A stretch of DNA of 63,081 nt, counting the filler, from Craspedostauros australis (Eukaryota), in assembly GCA_030167865.1 (NCBI GenBank). It is 10 parts of 10 records of this genome, joined end to end, with 100 filler letters (N's around TTAATTAATTAA, not from the genome) between each part and the next. Parts side by side here need not be neighbours in the genome. Positions count along the whole stretch, not along the records: positions 1 to 22,010 come from JALAGF010002787.1; positions 22,111 to 24,104 come from JALAGF010002792.1; 8 more parts are not named here. One strand, written 5' to 3'. A model generated the notes under the pieces. That model was not told the DNA's origin. It was given only the letters and a program-made list of their open reading frames with translations, and did no database searches. Position numbers and translations under genes: made by a program. Shown here piece by piece: positions 12,601-24,204 of the stretch (positions are counted from its first letter, which is position 1; every line of letters begins with the position of its first letter).

Positions 12601-13344
12601 CTCTCCTTCCCCATGAACAAGATGAGCGGCGAGTTGCCAGAATTCCTCGGGGATATCTCCACCTTGAAGGACCTGGTGCTGCGCAATAATACCTTCGACG
12701 GAACCATCGCCGGGCGGTTCTTCACCGGCAGCACCCAGTTTACCACCTTCGACATTTCCGAAAACAAGTTCAGCGGGAACTTCCCCAATGCCATCGGCCG
12801 TAAAGGTGGCATGGTTGCTTTGCACATCAACGACAATGACTTTGCTGGCACCATCACGGCGTCGCTGCGAGGACTTGGCAACTTGGAAACGCTGCGGATG
12901 GGTGGCAATAAGTTCGGTCCTTCCATCCCATCCGAACTGGCCCAACTCAAGTCGTTGAAGGAGCTGTCGCTGCAAAACAATCAACTCTCGCAGTCCATTC
13001 CCGACGAGCTCTTCACGATGTCGAATCTGGTATCGCTGGATCTGAGTGGGAACATGCTCACGGGAGATCTTTTTGACGGTGCGTGGGAAACCAGCACCTT
13101 GGAAAGTCTGGTGCTGTACTCGAACCAGCTCAACGGAGACATCCCAGCGGCCTTGGGCGACCTGGACAGCCTGCAATCCGTCTCGTTGGCATTCAACAAC
13201 TTTGAAGGATCTATCCCAGCCGAAATCTGCAACTTGCCGATGCTGGATACGCTTGTCGCTGATTGTGCCGGTGCATCACCAGTGGGGTGCACCTGCTGCA
13301 CTGGATGCTGCGACCCGCTCATCAACATCTGCTTTGCGAGCTAG
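9628..13344 (+). CDS. Single-pass membrane leucine-rich-repeat protein with two tandem cap-LRR-Cys modules; exons 9628-10822, 11004-12296, 12539-13344
   Basis: Acidic/Ser-rich N-terminus, hydrophobic helix (LAILVCVVIAMCGALAAAVVVGV), PT-rich linker, LxLxxNxLxGxIP repeats and two ADC...CTCC..CC caps. Phase-1 GT-AG introns 10823-11003 and 12297-12538 join the three ORFs. Confidence 0.88.
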
Positions 13345-13612
13345 ATGGTTGATGAGGAGCATTCTCCTGCACTCCGAAGGCAGCCGAATGGCGTGTACAT
13401 CCGTCGGTGAGGCCGCTCAGTGTATACGTTGTACTCATTGCAAATGAAGATATCGCGATCTTGACGATGTCTATTAGATACTATTCCAAATGCAAATGCA
13501 TCTCCTTCAATTGTAAAGTACAGTAACGTTCTTGTTTCATATTATATTATATTATTAACATGATGAAGTTACAAAATTGGTCACGAGGATGCTGTCTCCG
13601 TCTCTGGATCCT

Positions 13613-15557
13613 TCAAATGCTGGGGCGCTTGTGGATCACGCGTCGGTTGTATCCCTGCGAGTCGGTGGTAGTTGGCGACGTTGTAGTCGATTTACACCTG
13701 CCGCTCGTGCTGCCGTGACTGTTGTTGCTGCTGCTCCTCGCGGGAACGATGCTCGTGGATTTCGATCGGTGCTCATGCCGTCGGTTGTGCCCCATTCCGA
13801 GCTTCGACATGAACTTCGCCAACGAACCCGGCTTCTTCTCCCTGGGCAAGAGCTGTGGCAAGGGTGGTGGTGCCGCTGCCGCCAGCCAATCATGATCCAA
13901 CGCGGCAAAAGCGGTGAGCCGGATCTCCGCATTGGTGAAGAGGAGATTGGCGACAAATTGTTTCGCCGACGTCGTGACGTTGTCCCATTCCTCCGTGTAG
14001 AAGGAGTACTGACCCAGATTGACGCGCTGCGCGCACGTAGCCCGGGCGTCATCGTAAAATGGAAGCCTTCCCGACAGACAGCAGAACGCGATCACCCCGA
14101 CGCTCCACACATCTGCTGGCTTCCCATGCCGCATGCGCTGCAGGATCTCTGGCGCCGTGAAGTGCTTGTTGCCGTGCCTATCGCGGCACAAACACGCGGC
14201 CTCGTCCTTCGCCGCACCGAAGTCGCACAGCCGCACCTGATCGTACTCGTCGACCAGCACGTTGTCCGGCGTGATGTCGTGATGCAGGATGTCAAATCCG
14301 TGCAGCTCTTCCACGGCCTTCAGCAGGGATCGGATTATTCGTTTGGCCCTGTCCTCCTCCATATGCATGCCTCGCTCCTTGTATTCCTGCAGGATGGATT
14401 GGAGGTTGCGCGCATGGACCAACTCGGTGACGATGAAGTCATGCCGACTATCCGCCATGACATCGACAAGGCGGACAGAACGTCGCGCGTCCAGGTCTCT
14501 TAGCTTTTGCAGGATGCGGATTTCATTGCGTGCGATATCTTCATCGGCCGAGCATCTGTACTGTTTGTGGAAGACCTGTTTGACGCAGTAGATCCTGTTG
14601 CTGTCCAGATGGACGCACTGGAATGTGCTTGACAGGTGGCACTCGTATATCTGTGTGGCATAGCATGCGCATAGGGTGTTACGAGAGTTGGATGCGAGCA
14701 TGAGAGCATCATAGACAGCATGAAGTGTGCAACGCAGTGTGAGCATGGTGAAAGAATTGCGAAGCGAAGCGGGACTAGGTGAAGCGAAACGAAAGGAAGC
14801 GAAATGATAAGACCAGAACACCTCAGAACAGAAGAGTGAATTGCAGCACACGATCAGACAGGCTCTGACAGGGCAGAGCACAGAGCTTTGGTTGCGCACG
14901 ATGTTGACGACTGCTGCATGTAGTAGTAGGTGCTCTGCCTGGTGCTCTGCCTGGTGCTCTGCCTGGTGCTCTACAGCACGTCCCAACATTGCAAACACCA
15001 AAGGATGAACTCACCGTCTGCGTGAATCTGTACCTCTGCTCGAATCTGACAGATTCCATGCCATCTTCAGCGTCGGACACGGGCGGCACAGACTCTGCGG
15101 ACCCCGACATGCTCGACAGCGCCGATTCCTGGCGACGGTGTCCGTAGGGACTGCTCGTGAGGCTGTTGGTGCCGCTGGCGAAGACGATGCGAGGGCCATG
15201 ATGCTGCGGCGTCTCCGTCCATCGTTCGCGTCCCGGCGGCGATGGTCCGTAGTATCTGGAGAGATTGAGCAGCATGGTGGGGGGTTCGGATGGGCTGCGG
15301 ATGCTGGCTTGCGATGGCGAATGAAGGCCGCGGGCATCGCTGCTGGTGCTGTTGCTGCGTTGGCGACGATGCACCTCTGGACATGGAGATATCGCTCCGG
15401 AGTGTATGCAGCTCCTGTATTCTGGGCCCATCGATGAAATGTCGAAGACGCGTGGATACAGGTGCCCCGTTGTGGTGCGAGATACTTCGATTTCTTGCAT
15501 TGTGGTGTTTGTATTGTTTGTATTGTTTGCAGCGTTGGAGGGAGTGCCGGTGGTCAT
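13613..15557 (-). CDS. CAMK-like Ser/Thr protein kinase (atypical motifs); exons 15557-15015 and 14650-13613
   Basis: YCVK, NEIRIL, HHDITPDNVL, LCDFG, FTAPE, DVWSVGVI, LSGRLPFYD. GTGAGT donor at 15014 and CAG acceptor ending at 14651 join FTQT to IYEC in frame. Confidence 0.85.
14929..14972. repeat. 12-bp tandem repeat (GGTGCTCTGCCT)x3.7 in the kinase intron
   Basis: Directly visible in the sequence. Confidence 0.9.
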
Positions 15558-18211
15558 GTGATGTATTAGTGCCAGCTACTTGTGGCGTGGCTGTTGTGGA
15601 TGTGATGGATGTGATGTTTGTGACAACAGTGACAACAGTGACGACAACGACAACTCAGGAAGATGTAACGGTCAGATTGTGGGAATGATCTGCCTTGGTA
15701 TTGCCGTTGCGGTCGTGTTCTGGTCGTCGTTTGTATTGTTCGTTTGTGTTGTTAGTTTACATGCGCTCGTGCAGAATGCTGCTGTTGGAGCTTCAACAGT
15801 TCGTGCTCTTTGGTGTGTGGTGGTCTGCGTGATGGGTGCGACGACAGAGAGGATGAAGCGGTACACGAGGGCAGAATCTGTCTTGGAGGCTGTGGCGGCG
15901 GTTTTATGTTCGCCTCCGCGTAGAAGCGTGTGGACCGACCTTTTTGTCGCGTCCTTTGTTCACAAAGAGAGAGAGAAAGAGAGACGGAGATGAAAACAGC
16001 TCCCTTCTTTTTTCCATGCTCTTCTATTGGTTGTGAGCACTGCTGGACCTATAGTTTGAGGTGGTGACGTTGATGATGTTGATGACGACAATGACTGATC
16101 TACAAGTGCGACCATGCACTCTCTGGATGCTCCGTTTGGTTTGTTTGCGGAGCGGCTCCGAATTTAGTCTCGAGTAGAGGAGCAGAATCGTAGAGCGCAG
16201 ACGCGTCGGCGAGTGGCTTCAGTGAATCCGATGATGTGCCATCAATGGCGGTTTCGGGTTTGAGATTCCGAACGAGAAACTTTCTTCCCAACCGAGAATG
16301 AAGGGCGAAAGGAGTCCCGCAATTGATGGGAACGATGAGAACGATGGAGTTGTTCGTGGTGGATGGGGGTGTCTTGGTCTTTGATCTTGGGCAAGGTCAT
16401 TGGTGCCGGGCTTGGTTTCGGCGCCAGATGTGTTGACACCACAGCGAAGCGACACACAACCGGATAGTCGTACTACTATTAGGACTTAGCGACTTCAGCC
16501 TCTTGTGGGCGAGCGGCGAGGTGGATGGATTGATGCGACCAGTGCTGGCCGCAGTGGTGTGTGGCTCACGCAGAACCATTTCATCAAGACACAACGCTGA
16601 CCCAATCAACAACAACGGCACCTACCTCGAGCACGCTGAGATACAAAGCGCTCAATCCACGACTCTCGACCTACCCACCTACCTTTCCTCCTTTCGGCTC
16701 CAGGAGGGCGGAAGTTTCTTCGATCTCGTGCTCGTGATGTTTGCGTTGAGGTGATGGCAAGGGCGCTTCATGCAAAGAGAAACAAGAAAAAGGGAGACGG
16801 CGGCGACAACGGGCTCTGTGCACCTCATGATGTTTGCGATGCTCTGTGAGAGAAAAGCTTCACGAGGAGCGTTCTGATCCCCACATGTTCTGCCAAGTTA
16901 CAAAGAAGTTTACTCACAGTCACCACTACGATTCGCATCGCCATCATGCTTAATTATGGTTCCGACTGCAGTTGATTTAGCATTGATAAACTACTTCGAC
17001 ACTGTTGGAGAACTCGTTGACGAAGAAGGTTGAAGAAGGTTGAACGAAACGACAGCGGGAGATTCGCTTCGTTGGCATCACACGCGTGAATTGGATGGCC
17101 GGCGGTATCTTCCAATCCATCCTCCAATCACAGTGCGTGACCGCGCATTCCACGGTTGTGTTGTGATGAATGGATTGGCATCCAGGCCATTGTGAACTGA
17201 TGGAAAACGTTATTCTGGCGTTACTGTCGAGGATTTGGCGTCGGGATCTCGCTTCTTGATTCTTGCGTTTCGTTCGGCAAACACAAAGTCAAATTCTCCT
17301 TCTCCTCCGATGTCGCGATAAAACTGCGTGTGATGGTGATGTGTCATGATCCAATCGCACAGGAGTATCACACGAACAGGGAGTGCGGTCGGCGCGGTCG
17401 TCATGAAGTTTGAGGTGGTGTGGCGTGGACCCTTGTGGTGGCTTCTCTCCAAAACCGCGAACAGCGAAACGCCTCACGCCATTCCTTTCCTTCTCATCGG
17501 ATGCTATCGACATCACCGGCATTCATGACATTCACAACACCCGCAACAAACATGGCGAGACGGATGATGGCAGCTGGTCGATTATGGAAGTGAAGTGACC
17601 ACGACATGCGACATTCACTTTCGTCATGGCTCGTCTTTGAAGGGCCTCATCTAAAACGGGTCGCAGCATCTACGGGAATCCTGTGGTATGAACCATTTGC
17701 TGGGCTCCTCTTGTCATACTCGCGGCCTTCTCACCCGATTCACGCTCCCAGCGGCAACGATTGGTCCAAGTTTGCTTTGCCCCGTCGCGTGGCCATGCAA
17801 GATTCTGTTGGGAGGAGGTGATGGGAACGGAGGTCGTCCTCACACATCAACATCAGCATTGACGTCACTCGAAGCTGTCTCGGCTGCCGGTTGTGGCTGT
17901 TCTGGTCTTTCCCGTCATGGAGGCGCATCACAAGACGCTCTTCCTGTATCTTGCTTCACATTTCCCAGGTCACCAGCGCAGAGATGTGCTAGTTGGCACA
18001 GAGCTATGGCGACATTTGACATCATTCACATCGAACATTGCCTCGGAATCAAGAACAGCCGACGACCGGTGTCCAATCGTCCATCCGGTCAATAGTTCAT
18101 GCAGCCCTCATCATTCTCTGGCTGGATACGCGCACAGGCAAAAATAGAAACGAGTACTGCGTGAAGTATTCTTGATGAAGTGCTCTCAGGCGTGACTCTA
18201 TCTGTTCGTCA

Positions 18212-19753
18212 TCACGAACACTTGGCGTGCGCTGCTGTCATCATCTCAGCATCATTGCTGTAGCCATGGCCATGACCGTCTCCATACCTGCCATTGTATT
18301 CGGCCGAGTCCTCTTGCGCTTCACTGGAAGATGCACGATTCTGGCAGAATAACCGCTCCCAAAACTGCATCTTCGACGTTTCCGGCATCCTCCACCAATT
18401 GATCGAAATGGTGCGCTGCAAGTGGCTGTTGGCAGCAGCATCAGCAGTTGGACCACTATCGGGAGACTCGCTTCCCTTCTTGTTTAATCTTTGAGGCTTC
18501 TTCGCCTGTGATTGTGGCGTGACGACGGCGTGATACCAGTACACGGGGATGTACAGACAGTCGCCAGGGTGCAAATTGACCATCATCGGCAGAGCATGTC
18601 GAAAGAGCGAGTATTTGGAATCAAGACTTGCCAACGGATCCTCCCTGCCATCATTGTTGCTATCACTGTCGCCATCATCGTCATCGTAGATGTCATGTAT
18701 CAGCTCACGTGGGAGCAGATCAGATGGAACGCCGTTTCCGTACCTGGAACGATCGATGTAGAGAAAGTGCTTGGAGTGGAGTGGGTCATACAGCAGGAAT
18801 TTCTTGGGAGTGGACGCATCTCCGCTCACCACGCACACCATGTTCTCCATCGAATCGTAATGAATCGGTGTCAGCAAAGGCCCACTTCCCCAGTAAATGC
18901 TCAACGGCCGATGGGACAGCGGCGGCATGGGACCCATGGCCTTCAAGATTTCCGCGGGCGGCGCTGATACTTGGATTTTTGGAAGCAGATCGGGCAAGGA
19001 CTGCAGCACATCGATCTGTGCAGCGTAGTAGTGCTCGTTGACCTCATTCTCTTCATTTTCATCAGGTTGGCGTTGGTACGAACGGACGTATTCTTCCAAC
19101 TTCATCCGCCGTTGCTTGTAGCTTGGCTGCCTTGCCTTCTGAGTATCCAATCTCTTGAAGACGGTCAGCTTTGCCCGATCACTCGTTCTTTGCGATGATT
19201 TGGATCGAGACCATTTGGCAGCACGTACATCGATGGTTGACTCGGCACCAGCCACCTCCATGATGGATGCATCGTCATTCCAAAATGACTCTGACCATCC
19301 CGACGAAAGGCAACCCCTGCATACAAATGGCTCATTTCTGGACACGAAGTCTTTGACCCGATCTTGCATGCGGGCATCCGTATCCGTATTCTCTCCTCTT
19401 TGGATGCGAATATTCGCTACTCCTCTTCCTTCATTGGTGATGCTGGCATCCCGTTGGGAAGGTCCGAGATGTGAAGATCGCGATTGCGGCAGTACCGATG
19501 ATGATGTTGCTGCTTGCCTGCCTTGGTGCTGTCCATGCATCATCTCCGAAGGATGACCGTGCTGACTGGCATGATTGTAGTTCTCGTACAGTGATTGCAC
19601 CTGGTGGAGAAAATAGCCACACAGCACTGCGAGCAGGGCTCCCGACCAAACGACAGCATTGTCCCAGAACTTGGCATCATCCGGAAAGTCTTCATCCCTT
19701 TCCTTTCGCAACGAATGTTTGTGCTTGTCCAGTCGAGATCGCCGTTGCACCAT
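18212..19753 (-). CDS. JmjC/cupin-like 2-oxoglutarate oxygenase with N-terminal transmembrane anchor
   Basis: TPIHYDSMENM (HxD), LHPGDCLYIPVYWYHAV (distal His), TISINWW, NEPFVCRG. Hydrophobic AVVWSGALLAVLCGYFL near the N-terminus. Start taken at ATG 19753. Confidence 0.85.
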   Translation of the reverse strand: MVQRRSRLDKHKHSLRKERDEDFPDDAKFWDNAVVWSGALLAVLCGYFLHQVQSLYENYNHASQHGHPSEMMHGQHQGRQAATSSSVLPQSRSSHLGPSQRDASITNEGRGVANIRIQRGENTDTDARMQDRVKDFVSRNEPFVCRGCLSSGWSESFWNDDASIMEVAGAESTIDVRAAKWSRSKSSQRTSDRAKLTVFKRLDTQKARQPSYKQRRMKLEEYVRSYQRQPDENEENEVNEHYYAAQIDVLQSLPDLLPKIQVSAPPAEILKAMGPMPPLSHRPLSIYWGSGPLLTPIHYDSMENMVCVVSGDASTPKKFLLYDPLHSKHFLYIDRSRYGNGVPSDLLPRELIHDIYDDDDGDSDSNNDGREDPLASLDSKYSLFRHALPMMVNLHPGDCLYIPVYWYHAVVTPQSQAKKPQRLNKKGSESPDSGPTADAAANSHLQRTISINWWRMPETSKMQFWERLFCQNRASSSEAQEDSAEYNGRYGDGHGHGYSNDAEMMTAAHAKCS

Positions 19754-20468
19754 CGTTGTCGTTCCTGAATGCTGAAGCAGGTGCACAGACGAGCGTCGAG
19801 GTGTGATCCTTCGTCATTCCTTTGTCATTGTTGGCGATGACGTCGTTTGGTTCGCAGACAACGAAAGCGACCTTTGGAGTACCTTTGATGGTGTTGCGAA
19901 AAGCGAACGCACAAACGAATGCCAAAACGTTGTATGTCGTCCAGGACACGCTAACTTTCAGACAGGAAATGTCACGTAAAACCGTGGGGTATTGTGTAAA
20001 TAATGTAAATTAGTTCAGTATGACACATTCCCAGTCCAGGAATAACATCAGTGTGATCTAAAGCACAACAACCATTTAATGATTTCAACTCCACGCCAAC
20101 CAAACAAAACATGATGCGAAGATCCAAAACAGAACCACAGAACAAACACCACATCACATCACACCACGCCCATCCCGACAACGACATCTGTCAGCACCAA
20201 GGGAGAGGAGGAGAGACATCCATCACACACAACAACAAATGAGTGAATGGATGAATGAGGATTGGATCAGACAAGCACATTGAAATGCACAAGGAAGATG
20301 ATGGAAGTGGATCAGATGAGAGTAGTCGGCGATATCTGCGACGTCTGCGATACGCAATCGGAGAAGCCACCTCACAACTGTCTCAACTGTCTCAACTGTC
20401 TCAACCACCGATACAGTCCCCACAATAGTCCCCAACATCCTGCTCAGCCCAACACAGCGCCATCCATC

Positions 20469-20751
20469 ATGATATGCCCCAGGCCGTCCCTTACATCATC
20501 GTCTGGACTGATACTGGCCGTGATTGCGCTATCGATTCTATCATCATTGTCATCATCATCATTGTCATCATCATCATTGTCAATCATACCAACACCACGG
20601 ATCCATGTTCATGCATTCATCGTCAATGCCTCAACTCGGCACAACCACAAACACAACCAACCTCAACATCAACATCAACATCAATCAAGATACTATCACA
20701 TCCTCACCCTCAAACACAGCAACAATGACAGCGACAGCAACAGCAACAGCG

Positions 20752-20785
<34 letters not shown>

Positions 20786-22010
20786 TGAGATTGATACACA
20801 ACCCTCGTACGAGTATCCACCCATTCGACTCAACAAGATCTTCAAGGCCACGCACTCCAGAAGAGCTGCCGATCAGCTCGTCAAGGATGGTAGAGTGACA
20901 ATCAACGACCAGCCAACAGATGGCTGCATGGTCACACCATATCAAGACATCGTCAAGTTGGATGGTCATGTCGTCACAGGGTGGGAGTCCATGAATGCCA
21001 TACAGCCAACACAGTCAACACAATCAACACAGCAGGCACAATCAGCGCAACAACAACCAACAACAACAGCAACAACAGCAACAAGAAGAAGAAGAAGGCA
21101 AAGGGAACCTGACATGCAAACGAGACAGATGATCGAACCACCAACAATGAACAAACCTCCACCCAGGAGATCCAAACAGCAACAATCAAGACAACACCAG
21201 CCACCGTCAGCATCGACATCGACATCTTCTTCTTCTTCATCATCAACGTCAACGTCAATAACACCCCCATCACCCACCATGCAACAGTTCGAATACGTCA
21301 AGTACTGGAAGCCGAGAGGCATCGTCTGCACCACAGATCCAGACATCCCAAACAACATCATCGACGAAATCACGATCAACCACGGATACAATCCGAAACA
21401 CAGAGTCTACACAGTCGGTCGTCTCGACAAGGAATCATCCGGTCTCATCCTCCTCACATCCGACGGTCGCCTGCCAAACTCCATCCTGCGATCGGAACAT
21501 GCACATACCAAGGTGTATCGTGTCCGAGTCGATCATCAGCTTGAAGAGCGCGATCTGGACAAGCTCCGCAGAGGCGTGATGATCACGACCATGTCAGCTC
21601 AAGACAGGAAGCGCGGAAAGGCGTTGCGGGCTCGGACGAAACCGTGCGACGTTGAGTATGAACATGTGTATGTGGAAAGGTATGGTGCTACATACGGTGT
21701 ATCAGGCGGTGTGCCAGGCAGTGAGTCACACGATGATGCATCACCATCGCCGTCGTCATCGTCAATACCGCCCGTATCCAGCAGGAGGAGGAAGAGATAC
21801 GATGTGTGTTACATCACGTTGAAGGAAGGTCGCAATCGTCAGATCCGCAAGATGATGGGCGCACTTGGATTCAGTGTGTTGGAGCTGGAGCGTGTGGAGT
21901 TTGGTCCAATCGACATGATGGATCTGTCAGGTCCTGGTGATTGGAGGCGGTTGGTTGGTGATGAGCTGTCATCGATCGGCTCGTTGTTGCAAGAGTCAGC
22001 GCAGGAACCA
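20469..22010 (+). CDS. RsuA/RluB/RluF-family pseudouridine synthase with S4 domain, probably plastid-targeted; runs into an assembly gap
   Basis: IRLNKIF...SRRAADQLVKDGRVTIN (S4), YWKPRGIVCT, VGRLDKESSGLILLTSDG (catalytic Asp), ITLKEGRNRQIRKM. Hydrophobic leader ends VHA-FIV. Confidence 0.9.
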
Positions 22011-22110
22011 NNNNNNNNNNNNNNNNNNNNNNNNNNNNNNNNNNNNNNNNNNNNTTAATTAATTAANNNNNNNNNNNNNNNNNNNNNNNNNNNNNNNNNN
22101 NNNNNNNNNN
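22011..22110. other. Artificial contig spacer N44-TTAATTAATTAA-N44 (also 24105-24204, 46448-46547, 48282-48381, 49958-50057, 51634-51733, 55825-55924, 60635-60734, 61878-61977)
   Basis: Identical 100-nt structure occurs nine times, and the 12-mer gives stop codons in all six frames. Confidence 0.98.
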
Positions 22111-22193
22111 AGATCGGTGAGTCTAATTTTGGTATTATGGGAGGTGCGGCAATCTAGGATAATACGACATAGTCGCACCCTCGATTCCTGACA
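22111..22193 (+). mobile_element. Terminus of the TGT...ACA element family (diverged copy), abutting Copia RNase H sequence
   Basis: GAGGTGCGGCAATC...AGTCGCACCCTCGATTCCTGACA matches the end of the 53234-53982 element. Confidence 0.75.
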
Positions 22194-22500
22194 ACAATGC
22201 AGTGATATCGAACACGACCATTGCAGACAGCTTGCTCCAAAAGAAGCATGTGGCAATCTCATTCCACAGAGTCCGCGAAGCGGTGGGAGCTGGAATCCTT
22301 GTTCCAGTCTATGTCCCGTCGAAGCGGAACTTTGCAGATATACTCACAAAGGCGCTGGCAAAGCCAGAACTCACATCATTTGTCACAACTCTGTTCTATG
22401 CAGGTCTACCTCGAGATCAAGGGGCGTGACAATTCTCACAGAATTCCTTACTTCTTACTTCTTTACTAATCGTACTAGTCAAATACTGGTCGGGGGCTGT
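22194..22500 (+). mobile_element. Ty1/Copia 3' fragment: RNase H C-terminus, polypurine tract and start of 3' LTR (LTR end unresolved)
   Basis: NAVISNTT...LQKKHVAISFHRVREAVGAG...NFADILTKAL is Copia RNase H, followed by AAGGGGCG and TGACA at 22427. Confidence 0.8.
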
Positions 22501-22829
22501 CTTCGGGCAGCACTCACAAATAAACAACAAGAGCTCCGACCAGGGCACGCAACAACGGGCCAATACGTCTTCCGTAGTTACTTGTACTGTTTGACATCTT
22601 TTGTCTCACCCTTTGGTTCGTCCTCGCTCGCCGTCTTTTGTTGATGTTTCGTGTGTGTGCATGTGTGTGTCGGATTGTTGTTGGCGCTCGGCCAGCGAAC
22701 CCAGAATACTGCCACAAGCAGAAACCAAACAGCGATCGAGCCTCGACTGCACACAAATACGTGCAGCACAATTACAACAATCCACCACAGACATACCGTA
22801 CTATACAACACCACATCAGACACATCAAG

Positions 22830-23658
22830 ATGATTTCTGCCACAGCACGTGTCGTCACATGCAGATCACTCCGTTGTGGACTGACACCGCCCACACGTAT
22901 CAGGACGGGACGAATGCAAGTGTCGATCCATCGACCATCAATGACGCCTCGCCAACCACTGGGCATGTCGATGAGCATCATGCCGACGACTGCCAATTAT
23001 GACTCAGTGAGAGACAACGAAGAAACAATGCAAACGCAGACAGGCAGCGCCCGCCCTTCGCTGGCTTCACCCGAACACAGTGTGATTGCTGACATTCTCC
23101 AGGACAACAAGGTGTTCATGGAAGGCTCGGCCATTGGCAAGGGCCTGCGCCACGCCACTCGCCATTTCCTCCGCAAGGAGCAGGCCATTGCCAAGACGAA
23201 TGGGTCCGATATCACCGACGAGGCATTCTACGTGTGCGATCTGGGCAGCATTGTGCAGCAGTACATGCAATGGAAGCATCGCTTACCCCGCGTTGCGCCG
23301 TACTTTGCTGTGAAGTCCAACCCAGATCCCGTCATCGTCAAGATGCTGGCAAGACTTGGGGCTGGTTTCGACTGCGCGTCGCTGGGCGAGATTACTCTCG
23401 TGGAAGAATGCTCCGCGGATCTGCCGCAGCGCCCCGACATCATCTTCGCCAACCCCTGCAAGCAGCGCTCGCACATCCAGGCCGCCATCAAAAAGAATGT
23501 ATGCAGGGTCACATTCGACAATGCTGACGAGATCCGAAAGTGCGCGGAGATATCCAAGGACATCGAGCTTGTGCTGCACATCGTCACGGATGACTCCGGC
23601 TCGGAATACCCACTCTCCACCAAGTTTGGTGCGACGCGCGCGCACTGGAGGGATCTGC
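22830..23658 (+). pseudogene. ODC: Ornithine decarboxylase, N-terminal half, interrupted by an LTR at 23659
   Basis: AFYVCDLG, LPRVAPYFAVKSNPD (PLP Lys), GFDCAS, IIFANPCK, VTFDNADE, KFGA. Similarity stops at WRDL, before the expected GVSFHVGS motif. Confidence 0.85.
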
Positions 23659-24104
23659 TATTAGCATTATGCTTTATTCCGCACAGCTCTCTCTCGTGTT
23701 CCAGCTTAGTTGTGCGTATGAACCGTATCCTGAACCAACACGGACCATGAAATGGTCACATTACGAGCGAATAGCTCGACGAGAAACGAAAATGAAGATG
23801 TACCAAGGTACTGGGTACCAGAGACAAGGTACCACGATACAAGAACGATACTGTGAGATAGCTACTGACCCAAACAAGTTGAACTTGAAGAGATCTAAGG
23901 ATCCCATCCGATGCTTGCAGAACAGAGGAATGCAAGAGCAGAGGCATGGACATGAACAGAGGTCAGAGATTAAGCTCACAACTCTTAAGTTTGTAATAAC
24001 ATTTGAGTTCCCAACAGACTACCAGTGAACGCCACCTTCTCGACCTGATCAATCGCAGAAGGACGCGTTCTTCCTAAGTTACAACCAATTCCTCAAGTCT
24101 AACA
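23659..24104. mobile_element. 446-bp LTR (TATTAG...CTAACA), reverse complement of 54306-54751
   Basis: Same length and about 96% identical by eye to the TSD-flanked copy. The contig ends exactly at the terminal CA. Confidence 0.88.
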
Positions 24105-24204
24105 NNNNNNNNNNNNNNNNNNNNNNNNNNNNNNNNNNNNNNNNNNNNTTAATTAATTAANNNNNNNNNNNNNNNNNNNNNNNNNNNNNNNNNNNNNNNN
24201 NNNN

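Noticed and set aside
13577..14503. 308-aa plus-strand ORF
   Set aside because: Antisense shadow of the kinase exon.
17078..17200. Imperfect hairpin plus GTGATGA...CTGA boxes as an ncRNA
   Set aside because: The C and D boxes span only ~38 nt and the hairpin is weak, which is compatible with chance.
15600..18200. Short ORFs in the long intergenic region
   Set aside because: No recognisable motifs or consistent exon chain.
22055..22066. Recurring palindrome TTAATTAATTAA as a biological repeat or array
   Set aside because: Always centred in 100-nt N spacers, so it is an assembly linker.
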